NCBI GenBank assembly: GCA_963555825.3
Contig: CAUVXB020000001.1
Span: 1,792,001-1,856,000, forward strand
Length of the DNA stretch: 64,000 bases
From: Alphaproteobacteria bacterium
GTDB taxonomy: Bacteria; Pseudomonadota; Alphaproteobacteria; JAAXGF01
Direction: 5' to 3'
Both the position numbers and the translations under genes were made by a program. This document shows, piece by piece, positions 21,211 to 31,616 of the stretch (positions within the stretch are counted from its first letter, which is position 1; every line of letters starts with the position of its first letter). The notes beneath the pieces were generated by a model. The model saw only the letters and a list, made by a program, of their open reading frames with translations. It had not been told where the DNA came from and did not search any database.

Positions 21211-22588
21211 GAGCTATAGCTGAATCTTGGTGATGGAGAATGAAGGCGGCGTATCCTGGCGTTGATGAAGACGCCAATTTTCCGAAGAAAGGGATACGCC
21301 ATGAAAGACGATACAGTTGTTGCGTTGCGCCAGCCAGAGTCATTTTCCGACGATCCGCTGACGGAGATATTGCGCGCCGGCGCCCGGCAGTTGCTTGGCC
21401 AGGCGATTGAAGCGGAAGTTGCCGCCCATATTGAAGCCCATGCCGATTTGACCGACGCTTCGGGCCGGCGCCGTATTGTCCGTCACGGGCACATGCCGGA
21501 ACGCGAGGTTCAGACCGGGATCGGAGCTGTGACGGTGAAGCGGCCAAGAGTGCGAGACCGAGATCCACAGGCCACGGGCGGGCGCATCCGTTTCACGTCA
21601 TCGATCCTGCCGCCTTATCTCAGGCGCGCCAAGTCGGTCGAGGCGCTTCTGCCCTGGCTTTATCTGAAGGGCATCTCCAGCGGCGACTTTTCGGAGGCCC
21701 TGGCGGCGCTGCTGGGACCGGACGCGCCGGGCCTGACGGCCAGCACCATTGGCCGGCTGAAAGCGGTCTGGTGGGACGAATACGAAGCCTGGCAAAAGCG
21801 CGACCTTTCGGCTCGGCGCTACGTCTATTTTTGGGCCGACGGGGTCTACTTCTCGCCTCGCATGGACCATGACAAACAGTGTGTTCTGGTGATCATCGGC
21901 GCCGACGCCATGGGCAACAAGGACATCGTCGGCATGGTCGACGGTTATCGAGAGAGCGCGCAAAGCTGGAAGGAACTGCTGCTTGATCTCAAGCGCCGGG
22001 GCTTGGAGACCGGCCCCGAGTTGGCCGTCGGCGACGGCGCCTTGGGCTTCTGGAAGGCGCTACGCGAGGTTTACGGAGAGACCAGGGTGCAGCGTTGCTG
22101 GGTCCACAAGACCGCCAACGTGCTCAACCAGATGCCCAAATCCCTGCAGGCCAAAGCCAAGGGCCATCTGCACGACATCTGGATGGCCGAGACTAGGGCC
22201 GACGCCGAAGCCGCCTTCGACTTCTTCATCGCAGCCTACGGCGCAAAATACCACAAGGCCGCAGAGCGCCTGGTCAAGGACCGTGAACGCCTGCTGAGCT
22301 TCTACGACTTCCCGGCCGAGCACTGGAAGCACATCCGCACCACCAACCCCATCGAAAGCACCTTCGCCACGGTGCGCCTGAGGACCGTGAAGACCAAGGG
22401 GTGCCTGAGCCGCAAGACGGCGCTCGCCATGGCCTTCAAACTGATCTTGAGTGCCAGGCGGAAATGGCGGAAGCTGGACGGATCAAATCAACTCGCCGAA
22501 CTCGTCGAAGGAGTGCCGTTCAAGGACGGAATCAAGATAACCAAACACGCCGCCTGATAGCTCCGTCACCAACTTTCGGACATAGCTC
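21211..22588 (+). mobile_element. IS256-family element, copy C (1378 bp, complete)
   Basis: 9-bp TSD GTAATCGTC at 21202-21210 and 22589-22597. Confidence 0.96.
21301..22557 (+). CDS. IS256-family transposase
   Basis: Identical to 73-1329. Confidence 0.95.
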   Translation: MKDDTVVALRQPESFSDDPLTEILRAGARQLLGQAIEAEVAAHIEAHADLTDASGRRRIVRHGHMPEREVQTGIGAVTVKRPRVRDRDPQATGGRIRFTSSILPPYLRRAKSVEALLPWLYLKGISSGDFSEALAALLGPDAPGLTASTIGRLKAVWWDEYEAWQKRDLSARRYVYFWADGVYFSPRMDHDKQCVLVIIGADAMGNKDIVGMVDGYRESAQSWKELLLDLKRRGLETGPELAVGDGALGFWKALREVYGETRVQRCWVHKTANVLNQMPKSLQAKAKGHLHDIWMAETRADAEAAFDFFIAAYGAKYHKAAERLVKDRERLLSFYDFPAEHWKHIRTTNPIESTFATVRLRTVKTKGCLSRKTALAMAFKLILSARRKWRKLDGSNQLAELVEGVPFKDGIKITKHAA

Positions 22589-22840
22589 GTAATCGTCGGC
22601 CCTCACCGTGTGGTCCACGTGCGCTTCGTCAACACCGATCGTTACCGTCACGTCGTCGGACAACGGCTGGCTCAGGTGCGCGATGACCTTGCTGGTCTCG
22701 CCCTCGACCACATGTGCCGGCACCGGCGAGACCGTCAGCCGCGCACTGGTGGTATCGTCATCGAGGGTGTAGACGAAGATGGGGTCGTTGAATCGCACGA
22801 AGGCGTTGTCAGTAGACGGGACGAGCCTCACCAGGACTAA

Positions 22841-24310
22841 CAGCCCGTTGACGAAGTCTTCCCTGGACGAAGTCGGCATGGTCTGATTCTCTGGTGTCCT
22901 GGCCTGAAGGGGGGTTCGCTGATGGCGATGGGACAGCAGAAGGATCGTCAGGGGGACTTGATGGTGAGCTGGTCGGAGATGCCGCGCTCGCCAGGTCATG
23001 TATTTTACGACCGCCTGCAGTTGGTACTGATCGAGGGCGGCTTCGACGGCTTCGCCGAGGCGGTCTGCCAGCCCTATTACGCGGCCAGGATGGGGGCGCC
23101 TTCGGTGCCACCCGGGCGCTACTTCCGTATGCACCTGGTGGGCTACTTCGAGGGTATCGACTCTGAGCGTGGGCTGGAGTGGCGGTGCTCGGATTCCCTG
23201 TCGCTACGGGAGTTCCTGCTGTTGGAGAGGCGGGGACGGGTGCCGGACCATTCCTGGCTGTCACGGACCCGCGCGCGCCTGCCCCATGAAGTCCACACGG
23301 CGGTGTTTGACTGGGTCCTGGCGCTGATCGCCGAGGCGGGTCTGGTGAAGGGCGAGCGCATCGGGGTGGATGCCTCGACCATGGAGGCCAACGCGGCGCT
23401 GCGCAACATCGTGCGGAGGGACACGGGCGAGGGTTACCGGGGGATGCTGGAGCGCTTGGCCCAGGAGAGCGGTATCGAGACACCCACGGCTGAGGACCTG
23501 GCGCGTCTGGACCGCAAGCGCAAGGGCAAGAAGCTCTCGAACCAGGACTGGGTTTCCAGGAGCGACCCCGAGGCCAAGATCGCCAAGATGAAGGACGGCA
23601 CCACGCACCTGGCCTACAAGCCCGAGCACGCGGTGGATCTGGACACCGGCGCGGTGGTGGCGGCGGAGCTGCACCCGGCCGACGAGGGCGATACGACAAC
23701 GCTTCCCAAGACCCTGGCGGCGGCCGAGGCAAACCTCGAGGCGGTGGATGTGGCGCCGACGGCCGAAGATCCGGCCGAATGTGTGACCGATAAGGGCTAC
23801 CACTCACGGTTGGTCTTGAAGGCGCTCGACGACGGCCCCTGGAAGAGCCGGATCTCCGAGCCCAAGCAGAAGGGTTTTGCGCGCTGGCACGGAGATGATG
23901 CGGCTCGCCGGGCGGTCACCAACAACCGGACCCGGCTGTTATCGGGGGTGGCCAGGGAAGCCTTCAAGCTGCGCGCCGAGATCGTCGAGCGCTCCTTTGC
24001 CCACAACCTCGATCGCGGCGGCATGCGCCGGACCTGGCTTCGGGGCCGCGAGAACGTGCACAAGCGATACCTGCTTCACGTCGCCGGCCACAACCTATCG
24101 TTGCTGATGCGCCAACTCATCGGCGCCGGCACCCCGAAGGAGGCCGTGGCGGGCGGAATTGGCGCCTTGTTCGTGCTTGTTACGCCCGCTGGAGCCGTCC
24201 TGGTCGTTCAGATCGTCCTCATCGTCTCGGAGGATGGCGAAACCGCCTTCGCCGCGATATGCTTCGCCGTGGCGTGAAACCCGGTCAATGACGCCTTTTT
24301 CAACGGGCTG
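22841..24310 (+). mobile_element. IS1182/IS5-like element (1470 bp)
   Basis: IR CAGCCCGTTGA at both ends; 4-bp TSD CTAA at 22837-22840 and 24311-24314. Confidence 0.92.
22922..24277 (+). CDS. IS1182/IS5-like DDE transposase
   Basis: VPDHSWLSR, GVDASTMEANA, DPEAK, DKGYHS, RAEIVERSFAH. Confidence 0.88.
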   Translation: MAMGQQKDRQGDLMVSWSEMPRSPGHVFYDRLQLVLIEGGFDGFAEAVCQPYYAARMGAPSVPPGRYFRMHLVGYFEGIDSERGLEWRCSDSLSLREFLLLERRGRVPDHSWLSRTRARLPHEVHTAVFDWVLALIAEAGLVKGERIGVDASTMEANAALRNIVRRDTGEGYRGMLERLAQESGIETPTAEDLARLDRKRKGKKLSNQDWVSRSDPEAKIAKMKDGTTHLAYKPEHAVDLDTGAVVAAELHPADEGDTTTLPKTLAAAEANLEAVDVAPTAEDPAECVTDKGYHSRLVLKALDDGPWKSRISEPKQKGFARWHGDDAARRAVTNNRTRLLSGVAREAFKLRAEIVERSFAHNLDRGGMRRTWLRGRENVHKRYLLHVAGHNLSLLMRQLIGAGTPKEAVAGGIGALFVLVTPAGAVLVVQIVLIVSEDGETAFAAICFAVA

Positions 24311-26015
24311 CTAACTCGTTCCTCATGTTGTCGTCATCGACCGCCGTGAGGGTCACGACGCCCGTGCTCTCGGTCTCTCCCGCGGCGATCATCAGGACCG
24401 GATCGGCGCTCAGTTCCGCCGCGTCCGAATCCTCGCTGAGGGTCACCGTCACGTTGGCCGGCATCGGCCCCTGCAGCGAGCGCATGGTGATCGTGCTGAC
24501 CTCGCCCTCCGCTATCGTCGCCGGTGTCGCTCTCAGAGAGACCCGGACTCGCTCGTCGTCTTCCAGTATGGTCAGCGTCTGATTCGCGGGGTCGGCTACG
24601 CCGCCGCCGGTCACCGTCCCCGAGACCGTGACCACCCGTCTTCGGGTTCCGACACTAAACTGGTCGTCGACCGTTGCGATGGTGACCGTCCCCGTGCTCC
24701 TTGTTCCGCCCGACGGAATCGTCAGCACCGTATTGGCGCTCAGCACGTAGTCGTCCGTGCGGGTGTCGGCGTGACCAGGCGACGCGGACACCGTGATCGT
24801 CGCCTCGGCGCTCAGAGGGCCGCTCGCTACGGCAGTGACCGTGCTGGCCAGTCCTTCCCTGACCCGCGGCGGCGTGAACACGAGGGCCACCTCCGGAGAC
24901 ATATCGTCGTCGTACACGATCGTCAGTTGCAATGGTCCGGGCGTCCGGATGCTGCGCCCCTCGGTCACCGTCGCCGAAATCGCGATCGTCTGGTCCGGCT
25001 CGTCGTCAGCGTTGTCCACGGCTGTGATGGTCAGGGTCTCGGTGGCGTCGGTCGCTCCCGGCTGGAAGGTCAACGTGGTGCCGCTCAGCGTGGCCCGGTC
25101 GCTCGGCTCCAGCGATACCGTCATCTTCACCACGCCCTCGTGCAATGCGTACTTGAACGCGAGCAGCGTAGCTTCGCCGCCGTTCTCGAAGATCGTCGAC
25201 GGGGTGACACTCCACCCAGTGAGGGTGTTGTCGTCGTCGACAACGGCGAATGACTCGATGTCCGCACCCACGCGGGGATGGTCCGAAGTCAGCGTCGCGG
25301 TGAAGTAGCGGATGCCCGTGTAGGTGAAGTCGTCCAGGGAGGTGAACTCCACGGTCCCGGTGCTCTCCATCGTCCCGGCGGCAATCGTCAACGTCGTGTT
25401 GGCGCTCAGTTCGTACTCGTCGTCCCTGCCGCCATTCGGGGCTACTGTGACGGTGATGCTGACATCGTCGTCCAGGGGCATGGGGAGCCTCGCCCGGATC
25501 GGTTTGCTCGTGCCCTCGGTGACGGTCTTCTCGACCACAGCCTCCACCCGCATGGTTGTGGTGTCGGTCACAGTGACCGCCAGATCGGCGGACACCGTGC
25601 CGTAGTCGCCGCCCGTTGCGGTGTGGGTCAGGGTGGCGCTGTCGTGTGTCGCGTCCGAGTCCCGCGCCGCCAACACGGTCACCATCTGCGCCGTGTCCCA
25701 ATTCGACGTCGTGAACGTCAGACTCATCCTGCTCAGCGACAGGTCTGTGCCCGACGTCCCGCCTATCGACACCGTCACCTCCGCGGTGGGCAGCGTGGCG
25801 AGCTTCACCGTGTAGCTGGCGGAACCCGCCTCGGGCACGTCCAGGGAAGTCGGAGAGAGCACCAATGGCGATGGCTCCTCGGCCAGCGTGCTGAATGTGA
25901 GAACGGCAGAGCAATAATCCCCCACTGAAGCGGCCGGTCGATCCGGCTGCGGCGGACCAAAATGGGACCGCGTATAGCCTTCTGTCAGGGTTGCTCTGAC
26001 TGGAAGGCGGGGGGG

Positions 26016-27515
26016 ATGTATCGGGTGGAGTTGTACGCACGGGTTCGGCGGGCGTGTCATGTCGAGGGGATGAGCACCCGCGAGGCCTCGCGGGTGTTTG
26101 GTGTAGACCGCAAGACGGTCCGTAAGATGCTGTCGTTCTCGGTGCCGCCAGGGTATCGCCGAAGCGCGCCGCCGAGGCGGCCAAAGCTGGGTCCGTTCAC
26201 GGGAATCATCGATCGGATCTTGGAAGACGATCGGACCAGCCACCGCAAGCAACGGCACACTGCGAAGCGCATCTTCGACCGCCTCCGGGACGAGTACGGT
26301 TTCACGGGCGGCTACACCATCGTGAAGGACTACGTTCGTGAGCAGGGGCTTCGGTCGCGTGAGGTGTTCGTGCCACTCTCCCATTCCCCCGGTCACGCCC
26401 AGGCGGACTTCGGCGAAGCGATGGCGGTGATCGGCGGCGCGTTACGGAAGATCCACTTCCTTGCCTTCGACCTTCCCCACAGTGATGGTTGCTTTGTTGC
26501 GGCCTATCCGGCGGAGACGACCGAAGCATTCTGCGATGGCCACAACGCGGCGTTTGCCTTCTTCGGCGGCGTCCCCCGATCCATCCTGTACGACAACACC
26601 AAGCTGGCGGTTGCCCGGATCCTGGGCGATGGGAAGCGGCAGCGAACGCGCGTCTTCACGGAGCTTCAGTCCCACTATCTGTTCGAGGACAGGTTCGGCC
26701 GGCCGGGCAAGGGCAACGACAAGGGCAAGGTCGAGGGACTGGTCGGCTTCATCCGGCGGAACTTCCTGGTCCCCGTCCCGCGTGCCGAGAGCTTCGCGGC
26801 CCTCAACGATGCTCTCGCCGAACAGTGCCGCCGGCGCCAGGCGGCGCGGCTGCGGGGCCACAAGGAGACCATCGGCGAGCGTCTCGAGCGGGATCGTCAA
26901 GTTCTCTTGCCATTGCCGCCTGCTCCCTATGATGCCTGCGATAAGCGCCCTGGACGGGCGAGTTCGCTGTCGCTGGTGCGTTACCGCAGCAACGACTATT
27001 CCGTGCCCGTGGCCTACGGCCACCGTGAGGTGCTCATCCGGGGCTACGTCGATGAGGTGGTGATCAGCTGCGGGGCCGAGGTGATCGCCCGGCACCGCCG
27101 GTCCTACGACAGCGAGGACCTGATCTTCGACCCGCTGCATTACCTGCCCTTGATCGAGCAGAAGATCGGCGCCCTCGACCAGGCCGCGCCATTGGCGGGC
27201 TGGGACCTGCCCGAGGCCTTCATCACTCTGCGGCGGCTCCTCGAAGCTCGTATGGGCAAGGCAGGCAAGCGCGAGTACGTCCAGGTGCTCCGTCTACTGG
27301 AGACCTTCCGGCTCGAGGAGGTCGAGGGTGCGGTCGGCGACGCCCTGCGGCTCGGCGCAATCGGCTTTGATGCGGTGAAGCACCTGGTACTGTGCCGCAT
27401 CGAGCGGCGGCCGCCCAGGCTCAACCTCGACGTCTATCCGTATCTGCCGCGCGCCCGGGTCGCGATGACGTCCGCCAAGTCGTACATGAGCCTGCTGTCG
27501 GGGCTCGGCGCATGA
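26016..27515 (+). CDS. istA: IS21 transposase IstA
   Basis: N-terminal HTH, PGHAQADFGE, ILYDN, KGKVEG, YSVP. Confidence 0.95.
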   Translation: MYRVELYARVRRACHVEGMSTREASRVFGVDRKTVRKMLSFSVPPGYRRSAPPRRPKLGPFTGIIDRILEDDRTSHRKQRHTAKRIFDRLRDEYGFTGGYTIVKDYVREQGLRSREVFVPLSHSPGHAQADFGEAMAVIGGALRKIHFLAFDLPHSDGCFVAAYPAETTEAFCDGHNAAFAFFGGVPRSILYDNTKLAVARILGDGKRQRTRVFTELQSHYLFEDRFGRPGKGNDKGKVEGLVGFIRRNFLVPVPRAESFAALNDALAEQCRRRQAARLRGHKETIGERLERDRQVLLPLPPAPYDACDKRPGRASSLSLVRYRSNDYSVPVAYGHREVLIRGYVDEVVISCGAEVIARHRRSYDSEDLIFDPLHYLPLIEQKIGALDQAAPLAGWDLPEAFITLRRLLEARMGKAGKREYVQVLRLLETFRLEEVEGAVGDALRLGAIGFDAVKHLVLCRIERRPPRLNLDVYPYLPRARVAMTSAKSYMSLLSGLGA

Positions 27516-28276
27516 CCGACACACCGCAAGTGCTGCTCGCCCACCACCTCAAGACGCTGAAGCTGCCGACCTTCCTGCGCGAGTACGACAAGATCGCCCG
27601 GCAGTGCGCCTCGGAAGGCGTCGATCACGTCCGCTACCTGTTGAGACTCGCCGAGCTCGAGCTGATCGACCGCGAGCGCCGCATGGTCGAGCGGCGCATC
27701 AAGGCGGCGCGCTTCCCCGTGGTCAAGAGCCTCGACAGCTTCGACTTCAAGGTCATCCCCTCGCTCAACAAGGCGCTGGTCCTGGAGCTGGCCCGCTGCG
27801 AGTACATCGAGCGCCGCGAGAACCTCATCGCGCTCGGCAACAGTGGGACCGGCAAGACCCACATCGCCCTCGGTCTCGGCCTGGCGGCCTGCCAGAAGGG
27901 CCTCTCGGTCGGCTTCATCACCGCCGCCGCGCTGGTCCACGAACTCATCGAGGCCCGCGATGACAAGCAGCTGCTGAGGTTCCAGAAGAAGCTCGCCACC
28001 TACAAGCTTCTGATCGTCGACGAACTCGGCTTCGTGCCGCTGTCGAAGACCGGCGCCGAGCTGTTGTTCGAGGTGTTCAGCCAACGCTACGAGCGGGGCT
28101 CGACCCTGGTCACCACCAATCTGCCCTTCGACGAATGGACCGAGGTGTTCGGCTCCGAGCGCCTCACCGGCGCGCTCCTCGATCGCCTCACCCACCACGT
28201 CAACATCCTCGAGATGAACGGTGACAGCTACAGGCTCAACCAGAGCCGCAGGCGTCAAACCCCGACTGCTAACTGA
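27512..28276 (+). CDS. istB: IS21 helper ATPase IstB
   Basis: Identical to 7107-7871. Confidence 0.95.
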   Translation: MTDTPQVLLAHHLKTLKLPTFLREYDKIARQCASEGVDHVRYLLRLAELELIDRERRMVERRIKAARFPVVKSLDSFDFKVIPSLNKALVLELARCEYIERRENLIALGNSGTGKTHIALGLGLAACQKGLSVGFITAAALVHELIEARDDKQLLRFQKKLATYKLLIVDELGFVPLSKTGAELLFEVFSQRYERGSTLVTTNLPFDEWTEVFGSERLTGALLDRLTHHVNILEMNGDSYRLNQSRRRQTPTAN

Positions 28277-28467
28277 ACCGACCACCCAGCCCACGCTTGA
28301 CCCCGTGGGCCCACAGGTCCCTCCCGCGCGCGCCGCCGCGTCAGCCTGTTGAGGGCACGCCGCGTCGCGCGCGGGGCCCTCCCGTGGACTACGGGGACAA
28401 GCCCGCAGCCGCCAAGCGGTCCCTTCTTACACCGCCGAGGTGGTCCCTTTTTGCTCCGCCATTGACA

Positions 28468-29139
28468 CGCGCTGTTGAGTTAGGACATCAAGTCGGCTGG
28501 GACGCATTTCATACTCATGGTGCGCGTCAGATTCAACTTCAAGAAACGCTGAAGCATCTGGTGATGCGCCTTAAACCCTTCTGGTCGCAGGTTTCGCATC
28601 TCGGACGCAAACGCGTCTTGCAGGTCTTATCTGGTGATCAGCGCCAATGTTTGGAATTTGCCGGGCTGCTGGCAACACCGCCATCGGATGGTGTTGTCAT
28701 CTGGTGGGATGAAATTAGCGCTTTTTCCCGCGCCGAAGAAGAACAACGGAACATAGAAATTGGTCGCGAGGGAGAGCGCCGGACAATGGCGCATGAGACA
28801 CAGCGTCTGGAAGACCAAGGTATACTAACATATCCGATTTGGATTGCGCTTGAAGACAACCGTGCCGGATATGATGTGCTCTCATTTCAGCAGACGAGAG
28901 GCGGAAACGTTGACGACCTGCGCATTGAAGTGAAAACCGCGTCCTATTCCCCCACCCATTTCATCCTGACGCGCCCTGAGTGGGATACGGCCTTACAACA
29001 ACCCGAGTTACACCTCTTCCATATCTGGAACCTTGAGACTAAAGAGCTTCTCAAGCTGTCCGTTTCCGACATGGCGGCCCATATGCCGTTGGATTCAGGT
29101 AAAGGACTTTGGCGTGAGGTGAGAGTGACGCTCGCCTAA
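28468..29139 (+). pseudogene. DUF3883-like (PD-(D/E)xK nuclease-type) protein, 5'-truncated
   Basis: IGREGE...AGYDVLSF...RIEVKT...FILTRPEW pattern; lower GC; begins at the IS21 right end. Confidence 0.7.
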
Positions 29140-29140
29140 T

Positions 29141-29324
29141 TCAAAGTTCCTGTTTCATTAAATTCTGAATACCATCCAGCAGTACCCGTGTTGGTTGGAG
29201 ATATTGCGCATTGTTGTTCGCCGCAGCTGAATTGTCGACCGTTAAAGGGCCGTTTTCAGTGCTGAGTTTTGTGATAGGTCGGCCAGTAGGTTTTGGACAA
29301 TTTTGCGCAAAAGACGCGTCAGCC
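29141..29324 (-). pseudogene. C-terminal remnant of an unknown low-GC gene truncated by IS21
   Basis: Open frame from the IS21 left end to the stop at 29141, convergent with the DUF3883-like gene. Confidence 0.4.
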
Positions 29325-29438
29325 TGAGAACGGCGGTGACAAATTAGTCCACGGAAGCGGCGGGATTTCCCAGCCGCGGGCGGAGTAAAACTCTGCCACC
29401 TGTAGCCTTCGATCTTTTTTGAGATGGAAGGCGGGAGG

Positions 29439-30938
29439 ATGTACACCGTGGACCTATATCTGCGCGTTCGGCTGGCCTGCCATGTTGATGGTCTGAGCCA
29501 GCGAGAGGCGGCAAGTCGGTTTGGCATTGCGCGCGAGACGGTGAGGAAGATGCTGCGGCATTCGGAACCGCCGGGATATCGGCGACGCCAGCCACCGAAA
29601 CGCCCGAAACTGGCCCCCTTCACGGATATCATCGACCGTATTCTGGAGGAGGACCGACCGGTTCACCGTAAGCAGCACCACACGGCGAAGCGTATATTCG
29701 AGCGCCTTCGCGACGAACATGGCTTCACGGGCAAAGAGACCATCGTGAAGGATTACGTTCGGGAACGGCGCCTTCGTCGGCGTGAGATGTTTGTGCCGTT
29801 GTCACATCCTCCGGGCCATGCTCAAGCGGACTTTGGCGAGGCGGATGCGATCATCGCCGGCGTCAAGTATCGGGCGCATTTTTTCGTCATGACACTTCCC
29901 CACAGCGATGCCTGCTTCGTTGCGGCCTACCCGGCGGCGACGACGGAGGCCTGGCTGGACGGGCACAACAGAGCCTTTGTTTTTTTCGGCGGCGTTCCCC
30001 AATCGATTCTTTACGACAACGACAAGTGTCTGGTGTCGCGCATCTTGTCAGATGGCACGCGGCAACGAACGCGGGCGTTCAGCGGGCTGCAGTCCCATTA
30101 CCTCTTCGAGGACCGCTACGGCCGTCCCGGCAAGGGTAACGACAAAGGCAATGTGGAGGGGGTGGTCGGCTATGCCCGGCGGAACTTCATGACGCCGCTT
30201 CCCCGGTTCGCGAGCTGGGACGCCTTCAATGGCCACCTGGAAGAGCAATGCCGCAACCGGCAAGGCAACGTCCTGCGCGGCCACCGCGAGAGCATCGGCG
30301 AACGGTTTGTGCGTGACCGCGAAGCGTTGAAGAGGCCACTGCCGGCACCGTTCGACGCGTGCGACAAGCAGGGCACGCGGGTCAACTCGCTGTCCCTGGT
30401 GCGCTACCGGACGAATGACTATTCCGTGCCCGTCGCCTACGGCCATCAGGAAGTCTGGATCCGTGGCTATGTCCACGAGGTGGTTATCGGTTGCGGCGCC
30501 GGGATCATTGCCCGACACCCCCGTTCCTACGACCGGGAAGATATGGTCTTCGATCCGATCCACTACCTGCCTTTGCTGGAGCACAAGATCGGTGCCCTGG
30601 ATCAGGCCGCGCCGCTAGCCGGATGGGAACTGCCTGATGCCTTCCCAACCCTGCGCCGTCTCCTGGAGGCGCGCATGGGCAAGGCCGGCAAGCGGGAATA
30701 CGTCCAGGTCCTTCGGCTTCTGGAGACCTTCGATCTCGAGGTGCTTCACGGCGCGGTGAAGGACGCCCTGCGCCTGGGTGCGATCGGCTACGACGCCGTC
30801 AAACACCTTGTGCTGTGCCGTATCGAGCGACGCCCGCCCAAACTCGACCTGGATATCTATCCCTACCTGCCTCGGGCCAACGTGGCGACCACGGCCGCCG
30901 CCAGTTATATGAGCTTGTTGGGTGGAGGCGCGTCATGA
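29439..30938 (+). CDS. istA: IS21 transposase IstA (divergent paralogue)
   Basis: Colinear with 26016-27515 but with many substitutions. Confidence 0.93.
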   Translation: MYTVDLYLRVRLACHVDGLSQREAASRFGIARETVRKMLRHSEPPGYRRRQPPKRPKLAPFTDIIDRILEEDRPVHRKQHHTAKRIFERLRDEHGFTGKETIVKDYVRERRLRRREMFVPLSHPPGHAQADFGEADAIIAGVKYRAHFFVMTLPHSDACFVAAYPAATTEAWLDGHNRAFVFFGGVPQSILYDNDKCLVSRILSDGTRQRTRAFSGLQSHYLFEDRYGRPGKGNDKGNVEGVVGYARRNFMTPLPRFASWDAFNGHLEEQCRNRQGNVLRGHRESIGERFVRDREALKRPLPAPFDACDKQGTRVNSLSLVRYRTNDYSVPVAYGHQEVWIRGYVHEVVIGCGAGIIARHPRSYDREDMVFDPIHYLPLLEHKIGALDQAAPLAGWELPDAFPTLRRLLEARMGKAGKREYVQVLRLLETFDLEVLHGAVKDALRLGAIGYDAVKHLVLCRIERRPPKLDLDIYPYLPRANVATTAAASYMSLLGGGAS

Positions 30939-31616
30939 CCGATACGCCGCAAGTGTTGCTGGCCCATCACCTCAAGACCCTGAAACTGCCGACGTTCCTG
31001 CGCGAATACGACAAGCTGGCCCGCCAATGCGCCACCGAGGGCGCCGACCATGTGCGGTATCTTGTCCGTCTGACCGAGTTGGAACTGATCGACCGTGAGC
31101 GCCGCATGGTCGAGCGGCGGATCAGACAGGCCAGGTTCCCCGCCGTCAAAAGCCTCGACAGCTTCGACTTCAAGGCCATCGCATCGCTCAACAAGATGCT
31201 GGTTCTGGAGTTGGCGCGATGCGAATACGTCGAGCGTCGTGAGAATATCATCGCGCTCGGCAACAGCGGAACCGGCAAGACCCATATCGCCCTCGGTCTC
31301 GGTCTGGCGGCCTGCCAAAAGGGGCTCTCCGTCGGCTTCCTCACGGCCGCTGCCCTGGTTCATGAACTGATGGAGGCCAGGGATGAAAAACGCCTGTTGC
31401 GCCTGCAGAAGCAACTGGCAAAGTATCACCTTCTGATCATCGACGAACTCGGCTTCGTGCCGCTCTCGAAGACCGGCGCCGAGCTGCTGTTCGAAGTCTT
31501 CAGCCAGCGCTACGAGCGGGGCTCGATCCTGGTGACCTCCAACTTGCCGTTCGATGAGTGGACGGAGATATTCGGCTCGGAACGCCTGACCGGGGCTTTG
31601 CTGGACCGCCTCACCC
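30935..31616 (+). pseudogene. istB: IstB, C-terminally truncated
   Basis: Walker A/B present; lacks the HHV...SYR tail. Confidence 0.9.

Larger units (their letters stand above)
17037..25897 (-). pseudogene. Giant autotransporter-like surface protein with Calx-beta/Ig-like repeats and an SRCR domain; disrupted
   Basis: Four segments join in frame after removing IS256 (TSD GTAATCGTC), the IS1182-like element (TSD CTAA) and one extra base near 18881; C-terminal beta-barrel pattern ending GLRVTARW; 5' end removed at IS21. Confidence 0.85.
25898..28467 (+). mobile_element. IS21-family element, copy 2 (2570 bp, complete)
   Basis: TGAGAACGG...CATTGACA ends; no TSD; both flanking genes are truncated. 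Confidence 0.95.
29325..31616 (+). mobile_element. Second IS21-family element type, 3'-truncated by IS3
   Basis: Left end TGAGAACGGCGG; istB breaks at ...LLDRLT where IS3 begins; no right end. Confidence 0.9.

Noticed and set aside
25898-26396. N-terminus of the 698-aa ORF 24300-26396
   Set aside because: Antisense read-through from IS21, not part of the adhesin
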